NCBI GenBank assembly: GCA_964648105.1
Contig: CAZYMH010000003.1
Span: 22,164-86,163 of the forward strand
Origin: an uncultured Candidatus Saccharibacteria bacterium
GTDB taxonomy: Bacteria > Patescibacteriota > Saccharimonadia > Saccharimonadales > 2-12-FULL-41-12
Direction of reading: 5' to 3'
Length of the DNA: 64,000 bases
The notes below the pieces were generated by a model that saw only the letters and a program-made list of their open reading frames with translations, made no database searches and was not told the origin of the DNA. The translations under genes and the position numbers were made by a program. Shown here in pieces: positions 39,041-49,276 of the stretch; the stretch's first letter is position 1; every line of letters starts with the position of its first letter.

Positions 39041-41326
39041 ATGACAAAAAACTTAGTAATAGTCGAGAGTCCCGCCAAAGCCAAAACCATCGAGAAATAC
39101 CTCGGTAGTGACTACCAAGTCAAAAGCAGCTTTGGCCATATTCGTGATTTACCAAGCAAAGGCTTATCGATCGATAAAGACAACAACTTCCAGCCTTCAT
39201 ATCAGATTTCTGACGACAAAAAGAAAGTCGCTAGCGAACTCAAAAAGGCAGCCAAAAACGCTGATGAAGTTTGGCTGGCCAGTGATGAAGACCGCGAAGG
39301 AGAAGCTATTGCTTGGCATTTATGTCATGTTTTAGGGCTAGAGCCGACCAAAACTAAACGAATAGTCTTTCATGAAATTACTAAGCCAGCTATCGAAAAT
39401 GCCATCAAAAATCCCCGTACAGTTGATATAAATTTGGTCGATGCCCAACAAGCTCGACGAGTGTTAGACAGGCTAGTTGGTTATGAACTCTCGCCAGTAT
39501 TATGGAAAAAGGTCCAAACTGGTCTCAGTGCTGGCCGTGTCCAATCGGTAGCCGTTCGTTTGATCGTTGAGCGTGAACGAGAAATCGAAAATTTCCAGTC
39601 AAAAGATAAATATAAAGTCTCAGCAATATTTATTATCGATAATCAAGAGGTAAAAGCCGAGCTAAACACCACATTTGAAAATGAACAAGCTGTAAACGAT
39701 TTTTTTGGTAATATTCTAGAGTCAACTTACACGGTTGAGGATATTGCAACCAAACCGTCCAAGCGTAATCCATCGGCACCATTTACTACCTCCAGCCTTC
39801 AGCAAGAAGCTTCAACTAAACTAGGTTTTAGCGTTAAACAAACGATGACTTTGGCTCAAAGATTATACGAAAACGGCCATATCACTTATATGCGTACAGA
39901 TAGTACAAATCTTTCTACTTTATCGCTAAATGCCGCCCAAAAATTCATTACACAAAATTATGGCAAAAATTATCACCGAATTCGTACTTACAAAACCAAA
40001 AATTCTTCAGCTCAAGAAGCTCATGAAGCTATCCGCCCATCTGATTTCAATAATACCGAGGCAGGTAGCGATGCTAATCAACAAAAATTATATAAGTTAA
40101 TTTGGCGGAGAACTCTAGCAAGCCAAATGGCTTCTGCCGAAACTGAGCGAAGTGAAATAACCATTGCTATCAGTGGTAGCAGTCATAAACTAGTTGCTAA
40201 AGGTGAAATATTAAAATTCGACGGATTCTACAAAGTCTATGGCGGCGGCAAGGACGATACGATCTTGCCAGTTGTGTCGAAAGGTGATCAATTAAACCTC
40301 TCAGAAATGCGGGCCATTCAATCATACGATAAACCACCAGCTCGCTATTCAGAAGCCTCATTGGTCAGACGAATGGAAGATTTGGGAATTGGCAGGCCAA
40401 GCACCTACGCTCCGACTATTTCAACAATTCAATCACGAGGTTATATCGAGAAAAGTGACTCTGTCGGCACTGAGCGGGCTTTGAACAATATTATTCTCAA
40501 AAATAACCAAATCTCAATCGAAAAAACTAGTGAAACAACAGGTAATGAACGATCTAAGTTATTTCCAACTCATTTGGCCGATATAACTACTGATTTTTTG
40601 GTCAAACATTTTGGCGAGATAATTGATTATGATTTCACGGCCAACGCTGAAAAATCTTTGGACAAAATCGCCGACGGCAAAACTAAGTGGCAAGCAATAA
40701 TTGCCGAATTTTATAAAGATTTTAGTCCGCTAATTGAAAAATCAGCCGATGTAAGCCGAGCCGAAACATCAAAAGCTCGCATTTTGGGCGTCGACCCAAA
40801 ATCGGGTAAAGCAATTATTGCTCGTTATGGTCGCTATGGTCCGATGCTTCAAAAAGGCGAAACCGAGGACCAAGAAAAGCCCCAATTTGCTCCTCTCCCA
40901 GATGGTAGTGATCTAAAAACTGTAACGCTAGAGCAAGCTTTAGAGATGTTTAAATTACCAAGAAAAGTCGGTGAAACACCAGAAGGCCACGAAATTAATG
41001 CTAATATCGGTCGTTTTGGTCCTTATGTGCAGGTAAATGGCAAATTCATCTCGATTAAACCGCATGATCCGATGAGCATCACGCTCGAAGAAGCCCTAGA
41101 AATCATCAAAGAAAAACAAAAAAAGGAAGCCGACAAATATATTAACCAATTTGCTAGCGGTATATCGATTGTTAACGGTCCCTATGGGCCATATATCACC
41201 GATGGCAAAAAGAATGCTCGGATTGCAAAAGACACCGATGCCAAAACAATTACCGAAGCTGAAGCCAAGAAGTTATTAGATAAAGCACCAGCACGCAAAA
41301 AACGGTCTTTTCGTAGCAAAAAATAA
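39041..41326 (+). CDS. topA: DNA topoisomerase I with Topo C-terminal repeats
   Basis: LVIVESPAKAKTI, DEDREGE, SAGRVQS, ITYMRTDS (catalytic Tyr), GIGRPST, GRYGP/GRFGPY/GPYGPY repeats. Confidence 0.97.
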   Translation: MTKNLVIVESPAKAKTIEKYLGSDYQVKSSFGHIRDLPSKGLSIDKDNNFQPSYQISDDKKKVASELKKAAKNADEVWLASDEDREGEAIAWHLCHVLGLEPTKTKRIVFHEITKPAIENAIKNPRTVDINLVDAQQARRVLDRLVGYELSPVLWKKVQTGLSAGRVQSVAVRLIVEREREIENFQSKDKYKVSAIFIIDNQEVKAELNTTFENEQAVNDFFGNILESTYTVEDIATKPSKRNPSAPFTTSSLQQEASTKLGFSVKQTMTLAQRLYENGHITYMRTDSTNLSTLSLNAAQKFITQNYGKNYHRIRTYKTKNSSAQEAHEAIRPSDFNNTEAGSDANQQKLYKLIWRRTLASQMASAETERSEITIAISGSSHKLVAKGEILKFDGFYKVYGGGKDDTILPVVSKGDQLNLSEMRAIQSYDKPPARYSEASLVRRMEDLGIGRPSTYAPTISTIQSRGYIEKSDSVGTERALNNIILKNNQISIEKTSETTGNERSKLFPTHLADITTDFLVKHFGEIIDYDFTANAEKSLDKIADGKTKWQAIIAEFYKDFSPLIEKSADVSRAETSKARILGVDPKSGKAIIARYGRYGPMLQKGETEDQEKPQFAPLPDGSDLKTVTLEQALEMFKLPRKVGETPEGHEINANIGRFGPYVQVNGKFISIKPHDPMSITLEEALEIIKEKQKKEADKYINQFASGISIVNGPYGPYITDGKKNARIAKDTDAKTITEAEAKKLLDKAPARKKRSFRSKK

Positions 41327-41559
41327 CTACCAAATAACATTTTCTACAACATAAAACTTCTAAGCAATAAATTGAAACCTTTTTTGATTTTGTGTTAATA
41401 TATATTCACAGTAATACATAAATCTGGTCTAATATTGACAAGAGTGGGGGACCATAAAAAGGTATTTTAACAGATTAATTAATAATATAAAAAAATAATG
41501 TTGACTATAAATGTTTTTTATTTTAAAATATAAATAATATATTATCAAGAGAGGTAAAA

Positions 41560-42594
41560 ATGACCCAAACAGAATTAGAAAACCTGACAAAATCTATACT
41601 CGAAACTATCGATCGTGAACGTGAAAGAGAAATCGTTTCTCGGAGATATGGTCTTTATGATCGCAAAGAGACCCTTGAGCAAATCGGGGAGCTTTTGGGC
41701 ATCACTCGAGAAAGAGTCAGGCAGCTCGAAAAAGCAACTATGACTCAGCTCAGGCATATGGCCGAAACAGGTGAATTACCTCAGTTAAATAAAGTCCAAA
41801 AAACAATTTTTGACCAATTGAACAAAATGGGTGAGGCTAGTCGGATTGCTGTCTTATCGGAAGCTTTAAGCGGTTCAACCCCCACCAAAATTGATCAGAG
41901 TCGTTTGAGTTTTATTGTTGAATTATGTCCAGATCTTACTCTAATCACCGAAGATGATAACTTCTTTCAATCAGCTGTAGTTACCAAAACTCATGATCAA
42001 AAACTGTTTAACAAACGGGTTAACGGCTTTGTGGAAGCCTTGAAAAAAGTCGGCGAGCCAGTCGCTATTGAAGAACTAGCAAAAGAAGCAAAACACACAG
42101 GTAGCACCGAAAATGCCCAAGGATTAGCTTCAACTTCTAAGAAGTTAGCGACACTCCACGATAAATGGGGTTTAATCAAGTGGCCAACTGTAAACCCAAA
42201 AAACATTCGCGATAAAATATATGTAATTTTGCAGCAAAATGGCAAGCACATGCATTTCTCAGAAATTGCAAAAGCTATCAAAGATTCTGAGTTCAAACGA
42301 AAAAACGTCACCACTCAAGCTATTCATAACGAACTAATCAAAGATAAACGATTTATTTTAATCGGTCGAGGAATTTATGCTCTAAAAGAGTGGGGCTATA
42401 AGAAGGGAACAGTCGCCGATATTATTTCCGAAATCTTAAAGCAGTCAAAAGAACCTCTTCACCGCGATGAAATCGTTAAACGAGTACTAAAAAGCCGCTA
42501 CGTCAAAGAAACTACCATCCTTCTAAATTTACAGGGCAAAAAGCAGTTTAAACGAGTTGCCAAAGCCACTTATACACTCGATAACAGCAAATAA
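41560..42594 (+). CDS. Sigma70 region-4 HTH protein with C-terminal tandem winged HTH (RNAP delta/HARE-HTH-like)
   Basis: REREIVSRRYGL...TLEQIGELLGITRERVRQLE; MHFSEIA...IHNELIKDKRFILIGRGIYALKEWG. Confidence 0.8.
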   Translation: MTQTELENLTKSILETIDREREREIVSRRYGLYDRKETLEQIGELLGITRERVRQLEKATMTQLRHMAETGELPQLNKVQKTIFDQLNKMGEASRIAVLSEALSGSTPTKIDQSRLSFIVELCPDLTLITEDDNFFQSAVVTKTHDQKLFNKRVNGFVEALKKVGEPVAIEELAKEAKHTGSTENAQGLASTSKKLATLHDKWGLIKWPTVNPKNIRDKIYVILQQNGKHMHFSEIAKAIKDSEFKRKNVTTQAIHNELIKDKRFILIGRGIYALKEWGYKKGTVADIISEILKQSKEPLHRDEIVKRVLKSRYVKETTILLNLQGKKQFKRVAKATYTLDNSK

Positions 42595-42644
42595 TAATCA
42601 TTTTAGCTGTGATAAGCTAAGATCCAAAGCATTTTGGTAAAAAT

Positions 42645-43001
42645 ATGATAATCGACCCCAACAGATTCTCGCAAAATCCTTCAGACTTAGAGTTTTTACG
42701 ATCAAGTAGATGGGTTGGTAAAAATGATTCAAAATTTTTCAGTCCGATTTGGCGGCCGACAAATCAACATGAGCTGCTCGGCCATGTCATTATTGCTCAT
42801 GTATTTATATCTGATAAAGCTCTTAATCACTTAGAGTTTTATAGTCAAGATCAATCAAAGCCAAATATGAGAATTTTTGCTAATTTACATCTGATAAACA
42901 ATATAATCAGCCAAGAAATTATCCCGACTATATACCACTTATCCACTGAGGAAAGTATTAGTAAAGAATTTGAAGAACAGGCTAATAATCAACCTTACTG
43001 A
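42645..43001 (+). CDS. Hypothetical protein
   Basis: 118-aa ORF co-oriented with upstream genes. Confidence 0.45.
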   Translation: MIIDPNRFSQNPSDLEFLRSSRWVGKNDSKFFSPIWRPTNQHELLGHVIIAHVFISDKALNHLEFYSQDQSKPNMRIFANLHLINNIISQEIIPTIYHLSTEESISKEFEEQANNQPY

Positions 43002-43236
43002 TCTTGTCAGACTAATAAAAAACCGAACAAATAACGAACTAAGCACGTATTAAATAACGAACAATAAACAAACAGTCAACTAAGATAGTTAATACAAAAT
43101 TTGATGACATAGGAATAATAAATATTAATTAATAAAGCAGTAGGCGAATAATAAAAAATATAAATCTTAAATAGAAAAAATATTTTTAAACCAGCAGGCG
43201 AGCATAAGTGAATGACCAAATGGCTATATCAACTTG

Positions 43237-43264
43237 ACGTCGCACAATGTATATTTTGCGACTC
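43237..43264. other. Putative dif chromosome-dimer resolution site
   Basis: ACGTCGCACAA-TGTATA-TTTTGCGACTC: 11-6-11 layout with the same TGTATA core as E. coli dif, in an intergenic gap where gene orientation converges. Confidence 0.7.
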
Positions 43265-43682
43265 TATATTAAATAAATAAGATGATTGTCTATATGCCTC
43301 TTCTAACAGGGGACTTCCACCGTACAGTACATAAAAAGCTGAAACTATAAATCTTCCGCTAACGATTATACCTACATTTTAAAGCTTATTAACTTACTTA
43401 TACGGTTCTCGTGAGCAACATCTAATCTCAATAGTTATACACAGCCTTTAATTAAATGCATAGTGTTTGCTTTTTTGTTAGAACCATATTATTATTTGCT
43501 TTTTTGGATATTTTAGGCTGTAAATATTTTTTTTGGCTTTTCCCCTTTTTTACTTCAAATAGTTATTTTTTTGCTTTTTCCCTACTTTTACAATATAGTA
43601 TAGTTTTTTTGAGAAATACATTGAGTTTTATAATACGAACATTTTACGAACAAGGGAGCAGTGAAGAAGAGAGGTTGGACGT

Positions 43683-44612
43683 TTATTTCACGTATGCACG
43701 CTCGGCTACCCTAACGTCGATGTATTCGGATGGCAATGCTTTTTCTGCTTCGAGCTGTTGTTTGGTAGCTATAAATGCCCCTGCACTGCGACGAGCATCT
43801 TCATAAAAATTATATTTAACGTAATAGCTTAGCCCACCGTACTTAACATTGATTTGACTGCCTCCTTCGGCAAGTGTGATTGACTCCGTTTTGATGCCAG
43901 ATTTTTCAGTTTGATAAATAATCTCTCTTATATATTTAACCTGTTCTTGACTAAGTGCAGGCTTGCCGACCTCTAGTCTAACTGCAGTTTGATCTTGTAC
44001 TAAAGGTAAATTTAGTTGTGAAATCGCTTGATCTTTATTGGTGGTTATATCACTCAATATCAGTCCGTTATCGGCGACTAGGTACAGTTTACTGCCATCG
44101 GTGATTACCAAACTTGGTTGGTTAAGTGTGACATTAAGAAACACTTTATTCGAAAAAATTTTCGTTCTAACATCGACATTCGACACATAATTATTTCGGT
44201 TTTTTATGTATGATTCTAGACCTTTGCGTTTGAGCGTAAGTTTTGATTTATTAAAAATACTGCTGTTTAGATAGTCGAGTGAGTCTGACTCAATCTGATT
44301 AAGTGATAGTTTAACACCACTGTTTTGGACATTCACCTTATCGGTTCTTAAATAACTCAAATAACCACATAGCATTAGGCATGCCAAAATGATTAAAATA
44401 TGCTTGGACCGATTTATGATATTAGCAGATTTTGAATCATCCTTAGGGTTGATTTGATCGTTATTATATTCGGTTTGGCGACGTCCTACATTGCGTTCCA
44501 TATCTGACCGCACAGAACTATAATGATATGCTCTTTGCTTATTGTAGGAGTTATTAGGTCGACGAATCGTCTCGTTACTATCCTTTTTGGTTAAAATTTT
44601 TTTGAACTTCAT
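43683..44612 (-). CDS. ftsQ: Cell division protein FtsQ/DivIB-like
   Basis: Single TM, POTRA-like segment, YLVADNG, C-terminal EYIDVRV--RAY; position after murG. Confidence 0.75.
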   Translation of the reverse strand: MKFKKILTKKDSNETIRRPNNSYNKQRAYHYSSVRSDMERNVGRRQTEYNNDQINPKDDSKSANIINRSKHILIILACLMLCGYLSYLRTDKVNVQNSGVKLSLNQIESDSLDYLNSSIFNKSKLTLKRKGLESYIKNRNNYVSNVDVRTKIFSNKVFLNVTLNQPSLVITDGSKLYLVADNGLILSDITTNKDQAISQLNLPLVQDQTAVRLEVGKPALSQEQVKYIREIIYQTEKSGIKTESITLAEGGSQINVKYGGLSYYVKYNFYEDARRSAGAFIATKQQLEAEKALPSEYIDVRVAERAYVK

Positions 44613-44624
44613 TGGTAAAATCGC

Positions 44625-45779
44625 TTATTTATTTTTTCCGCCTAACAATACTTTGGCAAGATTTTCAGCTGCATCCTTGGGGGTTGTTGTGGCTAAATTT
44701 TTGGCTAATTGATTAGCCTTAGTCTGATTATCAAGCAAATCAATTATTTTATTTTGTAAATAACCAATACCTTTATCTTTTATCTGAGATTCCTGTACGA
44801 CTTCGCAGGCTTCGATTTGTTTGTAATACTCCGCATTTTTGATCTGATGGCCACCAGCTAAGTCTGGACTAGGAATCAGTAGAACAGTTTTTTGTTGATA
44901 AGCCAGTTCGGCCATAGCGGTCGCCCCTGCCCTAGCTATGACAAGATCAGCCATAGCGGTGTATTCAAATAATTCTGATGTAAATTCTACTACAGTTAAG
45001 TATTTGCTCTCCACTGCTATTTCGCGGAATTTTTGAGCTTTGTTTTGGCCAGTAATACAGATTATGTGAACATTAGCCTTGTTTATTAACTCTTGAGTAA
45101 GCATGGCTATATAGTTATTGAGTCTTTCTGCCCCAAGACTGCCACCAATCAGTAAAATTACGCGACGACTTGGTTCGATCGAGTATTTTTCTTTCAAAAA
45201 TCTAATTTCATCACTAGAGTATTTACGGTATAAATTGTTAATTGGCACACCCGTGTAAATCATTTTATTTTCAGGATAATCATAAAAAGTTGTCGGCATA
45301 CCCGTAGCATGAACATCGGCATAGCGACTAGATAATCGATTGGCCAGTCCTGGCACAGTATCGGAGTCATGTGTGACAATAAATGCACCTGATTTACTGG
45401 CTCCAAAGCCCGCTGGTACGCAGACATATCCCCCCTTTAAAAGCACGCTGCTCGGTTTGATTTTTTTGAATAAAAAGTAGCTCTCTATCATTCCAATCAC
45501 CAATCGAAAAATATCTCGTAAATTCAGCCACATGGTCTTAAGGTCGGTGAGTTTAGTCAATAACGACTCACCATGATAACGACGGTATTTGCCTGCCGAT
45601 AGATAATAATATTGATCGAACAATTTACTTTCGGTGGCGAGATGACTAAATTTTCCGTGCTTTTCACCAATATATATCAACTGTGTGTCAGGAGATAATT
45701 GGCGAATTTTACTAGCGACTCCGAGTAGAGGAATAATATGGCCGCCCGACCCCCCGCCGCACAGTGCGATTTTTTTCAT
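44625..45779 (-). CDS. murG: UDP-GlcNAc:lipid I N-acetylglucosaminyl transferase
   Basis: GGGSGGHI-P, KGGYV, H-SD--PGLANR, TGVP, GGSLGA, ARAGA, HQ--NA. Confidence 0.95.
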   Translation of the reverse strand: MKKIALCGGGSGGHIIPLLGVASKIRQLSPDTQLIYIGEKHGKFSHLATESKLFDQYYYLSAGKYRRYHGESLLTKLTDLKTMWLNLRDIFRLVIGMIESYFLFKKIKPSSVLLKGGYVCVPAGFGASKSGAFIVTHDSDTVPGLANRLSSRYADVHATGMPTTFYDYPENKMIYTGVPINNLYRKYSSDEIRFLKEKYSIEPSRRVILLIGGSLGAERLNNYIAMLTQELINKANVHIICITGQNKAQKFREIAVESKYLTVVEFTSELFEYTAMADLVIARAGATAMAELAYQQKTVLLIPSPDLAGGHQIKNAEYYKQIEACEVVQESQIKDKGIGYLQNKIIDLLDNQTKANQLAKNLATTTPKDAAENLAKVLLGGKNK

Positions 45780-46986
45780 TCAGATTATCTCCTTTATTTG
45801 TATTGACGCTTCTAACTGATTCAAAATTAGTATAGCGAGAAATATGAAACACCACACCAAGTGCTGCCATAATAAATAGTATACTAGTTCCTCCATAGCT
45901 TATAAACGGTAATGTAATACCTTTTAAAGGTAATATGCCAATCATCGCCCCAACATTGATAATTGTTTGAGTACTTAACCACGCTAGAAAACCAACTACA
46001 AACAATCGGCTGTAAAAGTCCGATGTTCTCTCGATAATTCTTCTTAGGCGAGCAAAAAATACCAGATAGATTCCCAAAACAATTGCCGACCCGATAAAGC
46101 CGAACTTTTCCGCAAAAATTGCAAAAATTGAGTCATTAGCTGCCTCTGGAAGATAACCATAGGCTTGAACACTATTACCAAGTCCTTTACCTGCTAATCC
46201 GCCACTACCTACCGCAATTAATGCCTGACAAGCCTGATAACCGCTGGCTTGACAGTCAGCAGTCGGATTAAGAAACGTGCTTATACGTTGCCGTCGATAT
46301 GGAGTTGAACTAACAGCCAAAATTGTACCAATTGAGATAACTGCTAAAATAATACCGATTTTTTTGAGTGGCAAACCAGCAATAAACGACATTACAGCCA
46401 TAATTGCCATCATTACGCCAGTTGAGCCTAAATCACTCTCAATCATCGCTACAACCACTCCTAAAATGCCAAGAACGATTAAAAGCGGTCGAAAGGTTTT
46501 ATTAAAGTCGTCGATTTCATTATTTTTGTGCCTAGCGACCATAAAATCAGCTAGCCACACAATTAAGGTCAATTTAACGAGTTCTGCCACCTGAAACGAC
46601 AAGCCAGCAACTTGAATCCATCGACTTTTACCATCTGATAGCACTTCTACGACAATCACCGAAATAACCGACATGACTACCAAAACATTTTTAAGTTTTT
46701 TCAGAATATCGTGTGACAAAATGCTGAATACGATGAATGCAACTAGTCCTAAGCCGATTGAAATCATTTGTTTTATGACAAAATAATTTTGGTTAACATT
46801 TTTGGTGATAGCTAGTCCTGGGCTTATCGCATAAACGACAATCAGGCCAATAACACACAAAATCAAGGCCAAAATCAGCAGCAAATAATCAGGCTTATGC
46901 CGCCGCGAAAATTTGTCATTACTCAGAGACGAGCTAGAATATCGTCGACTAGGCTGAACTAAACTCTGTCTATTATATTCTGACAT
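45712..46986 (-). CDS. ftsW: SEDS peptidoglycan polymerase FtsW
   Basis: RWI, FQVAELVK, DLG, GYQ...A-GSGG--GKGLG, LPEAANDSIFA, GILPLKGITLPFISYGG. Confidence 0.93.
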   Translation of the reverse strand: MSEYNRQSLVQPSRRYSSSSLSNDKFSRRHKPDYLLLILALILCVIGLIVVYAISPGLAITKNVNQNYFVIKQMISIGLGLVAFIVFSILSHDILKKLKNVLVVMSVISVIVVEVLSDGKSRWIQVAGLSFQVAELVKLTLIVWLADFMVARHKNNEIDDFNKTFRPLLIVLGILGVVVAMIESDLGSTGVMMAIMAVMSFIAGLPLKKIGIILAVISIGTILAVSSTPYRRQRISTFLNPTADCQASGYQACQALIAVGSGGLAGKGLGNSVQAYGYLPEAANDSIFAIFAEKFGFIGSAIVLGIYLVFFARLRRIIERTSDFYSRLFVVGFLAWLSTQTIINVGAMIGILPLKGITLPFISYGGTSILFIMAALGVVFHISRYTNFESVRSVNTNKGDNLNEKNRTVRRGVGRPYYSSTRSR

Positions 46987-47008
46987 TTTTTATAATTTCC
47001 TGTTTATT

Positions 47009-48742
47009 TTAGTTGGTTTTGCTAACCGCATAATTTCCGATTAGCATATCTGTTATTTTGCCGAAAAGTGGTGCTGCAGCCGACCTACCTGCATATCCGC
47101 CAATTTTTGGTTCCATAATTGTCACCATAATAACATATTCTGGTTCATTACCGCCGACGTAACCAACGAAAGTTCCATTAAATCTATCGTTGTAATAGCC
47201 GCCTTCTTTTTTAGAAATTTCAGCGGTTCCTGTTTTGCCACCGATTTTGTAGCCATCTTTTTTGAGGAATGTGTAATTTTTGGCAACTGAATTTTCATGC
47301 ATCCCGCGTAAAATCTTCGATAATTCGGGCTTAATAACATCTTTTTTGACAATATCCTTCGAGTTATCGGCTGACTCGACTAAATGAGGACGGTAATAAA
47401 TTCCACCATTTATAGTTGATGAATAAGCGGCCAACATTTGCATCGGTGTTATATTAAGCCCTTGACCGAAAGTAGTGTTGGCGTAAGTGATATCTAACCC
47501 ATCACCGTCGGTAGGTTCAGGGACGTATCCTTCAGCCTCGTAGCCTTGTTCAATACCCGTTTTTTTGCCAAACATGTAATGATTGACCATATAGTCGTGC
47601 CAGGTTGTGCGAGCTTTGTCATTGATCTTGCCCCCGCCCATTTGCATCAAAATATATGTGGCACCTGTGTTGAGCGAATAACGAAGAATATCGGCAGTTG
47701 AACGTGTGGCTGCCCCACCATCTTCTTCGACATTTCTTACTACTGAGTCGCCGATTTTGAAAAAACTAGGATCATAATAAGTTGTGTTTTCGTTAATCGC
47801 CCCACTATCCATACCTGCAGCGACTGTTAAGGTCTTCATGACCGAACCAACCTCCAGCGGGGTTGCTACAGCCGAATTATTAAATAAGCTGGCGTCTTCA
47901 ACTTTATAGAATTCACTGGGATTATATGTTGGATAATTGGCCATGGCCTTAATTTCGCCTGTTTTAGGATCCATAATAATTGCACTTCCCTTGTCTGAGC
48001 GAACTTCTTTCAGATGATTAGTTAGCATGTCTTCAAGCCGCTTTTGCATGGATATATCAATCGTCATGGTTATTCGTTCGCCGTTCACTGCATCACGCTG
48101 AATATTATCCTTATTAGCAGCCAATGGTACACCTTGGGCATCGGTAATAGCTTTTAACTCACCAGCTTGGCCTTTAAGTTTTTGATCTAAAGATTGCTCT
48201 AAGCCGTACTTCCCTTCACCCTCATCATTGACAAAGCCTAGTAACTGAGCCGCCATGCTCCCCTGAGGATAGACCCGTTGTGACACTGCTTGCAGGCCAA
48301 TACCTTTTAATTTCAAATCTTCAATTTTTTTGGCTTTATCGGCTGATAATTTCTTAACCAAAACAGAATACCGCGTATCGGCTTTCATTTTGTTGATGTT
48401 GTTCTGGTAATCACCACCGATATATTGTTGAATTTTTGATAATGTTTCGTCAGGATTTTTGATATATTTTGGATCGGCGTACACGGTATAAACTTGCTCA
48501 TTCAACACAATTGGCACAGCATTTTTGCCATCTTTTGCCATAATCACTCCCCGCTCTGCAGGAATTTCATATTGTTTCAATTGGCCTTTTTGGGCTGATT
48601 TGACATAGTAATCGTGCCTTATCACTTGTAAATAAAAAAGTCGGACCAAAAAAATCGCAAATACCACAACCAAAAAACCATACCACAACTTAATACGTGA
48701 GGCATGTATACGAACATTTGATTGTTGGGAATTTGGATTTAT
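47009..48742 (-). CDS. ftsI: Class B penicillin-binding protein (FtsI/PBP3-like)
   Basis: RLFYLQ, PAERG, RVYPQG, GLE, EVGSVMK (SxxK), SLN, KTGT; start either TTG 48688 or SD-led ATA 48742. Confidence 0.9.
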   Translation of the reverse strand: MNPNSQQSNVRIHASRIKLWYGFLVVVFAIFLVRLFYLQVIRHDYYVKSAQKGQLKQYEIPAERGVIMAKDGKNAVPIVLNEQVYTVYADPKYIKNPDETLSKIQQYIGGDYQNNINKMKADTRYSVLVKKLSADKAKKIEDLKLKGIGLQAVSQRVYPQGSMAAQLLGFVNDEGEGKYGLEQSLDQKLKGQAGELKAITDAQGVPLAANKDNIQRDAVNGERITMTIDISMQKRLEDMLTNHLKEVRSDKGSAIIMDPKTGEIKAMANYPTYNPSEFYKVEDASLFNNSAVATPLEVGSVMKTLTVAAGMDSGAINENTTYYDPSFFKIGDSVVRNVEEDGGAATRSTADILRYSLNTGATYILMQMGGGKINDKARTTWHDYMVNHYMFGKKTGIEQGYEAEGYVPEPTDGDGLDITYANTTFGQGLNITPMQMLAAYSSTINGGIYYRPHLVESADNSKDIVKKDVIKPELSKILRGMHENSVAKNYTFLKKDGYKIGGKTGTAEISKKEGGYYNDRFNGTFVGYVGGNEPEYVIMVTIMEPKIGGYAGRSAAAPLFGKITDMLIGNYAVSKTN

Positions 48743-48776
48743 TTCGTCCTACCTTTCTAGCAATTATCATTGCTGG

Positions 48777-49121
48777 CTAACGAATTGTTGCTGATGGTGC
48801 TACTGAGACTAAGTTTTTGTTAGCATCACTACCTGCTACGCGGTCTAATGATTGCATTCGGGCAGCTGTCAATTCTAGTTCTTCATGTTGCTTTTCGAGT
48901 TGCGAATGTTGCTTTTGAAGACTATCAATTTTATAACCGTTGGCGTTTGTTTTTGTAACTTGAGTAAGGTACAAAAGTCCCAAAAGACAACTTAGTACCA
49001 CCAAAATAATTGCATTGCTAACAGGACCCAAACTTTTTGCTTGCTCCCGAAAACTGACAGCATTTTGATGTCTAACCGCAAATTTTTTTCTGCTCATAGC
49101 GAGCGAACTGGAGTATGTCAT
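48777..49121 (-). CDS. ftsL: FtsL-like cell division protein (TM plus coiled coil)
   Basis: Between rsmH and ftsI; TM followed by leucine heptads; start re-placed to MTYSSS. Confidence 0.7.
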   Translation of the reverse strand: MTYSSSLAMSRKKFAVRHQNAVSFREQAKSLGPVSNAIILVVLSCLLGLLYLTQVTKTNANGYKIDSLQKQHSQLEKQHEELELTAARMQSLDRVAGSDANKNLVSVAPSATIR

Positions 49122-49154
49122 AATTTTATCTTTGTTTTTGTTTTTTATTTTTGC

Positions 49155-49201
49155 TCCCGCCCTAGTTAATGCCCCTTCTTTTTGCATTAACTAGGGCGGG
49201 A
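49155..49201. repeat. Perfect 18-bp stem-loop inside the dcw operon
   Basis: TCCCGCCCTAGTTAATGC - 11-nt loop - GCATTAACTAGGGCGGGA. Confidence 0.85.
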
Positions 49202-49216
49202 TCGATGTTTACACTA

Positions 49217-49276
49217 TTAAAGTACTTTTACTTTAACTTTGTAAGCTCGGGAGTTGCTTCTTACCTGAATTGGCAT
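49217..49276 (-). CDS. Putative 19-aa small ORF MPIQVRSNSRAYKVKVKVL
   Basis: Strong SD AAAGGGGG upstream of ATG; tandem TAA TAG stops; lies between rsmH and ftsL. Confidence 0.45.
   Translation of the reverse strand: MPIQVRSNSRAYKVKVKVL

Noticed and set aside
43002-43682. AT-rich gap as oriC
   Set aside because: Only one DnaA-box match, no dnaA/dnaN nearby, and flanking genes converge rather than diverge
43456-43806. 116-aa Phe-rich ORF
   Set aside because: Product of a T-rich tract and overlaps ftsQ antisense
45712-45779. 68-bp ftsW/murG overlap
   Set aside because: Likely a simple stop-codon shift extending FtsW; murG has its own SD (AAAGGAG)
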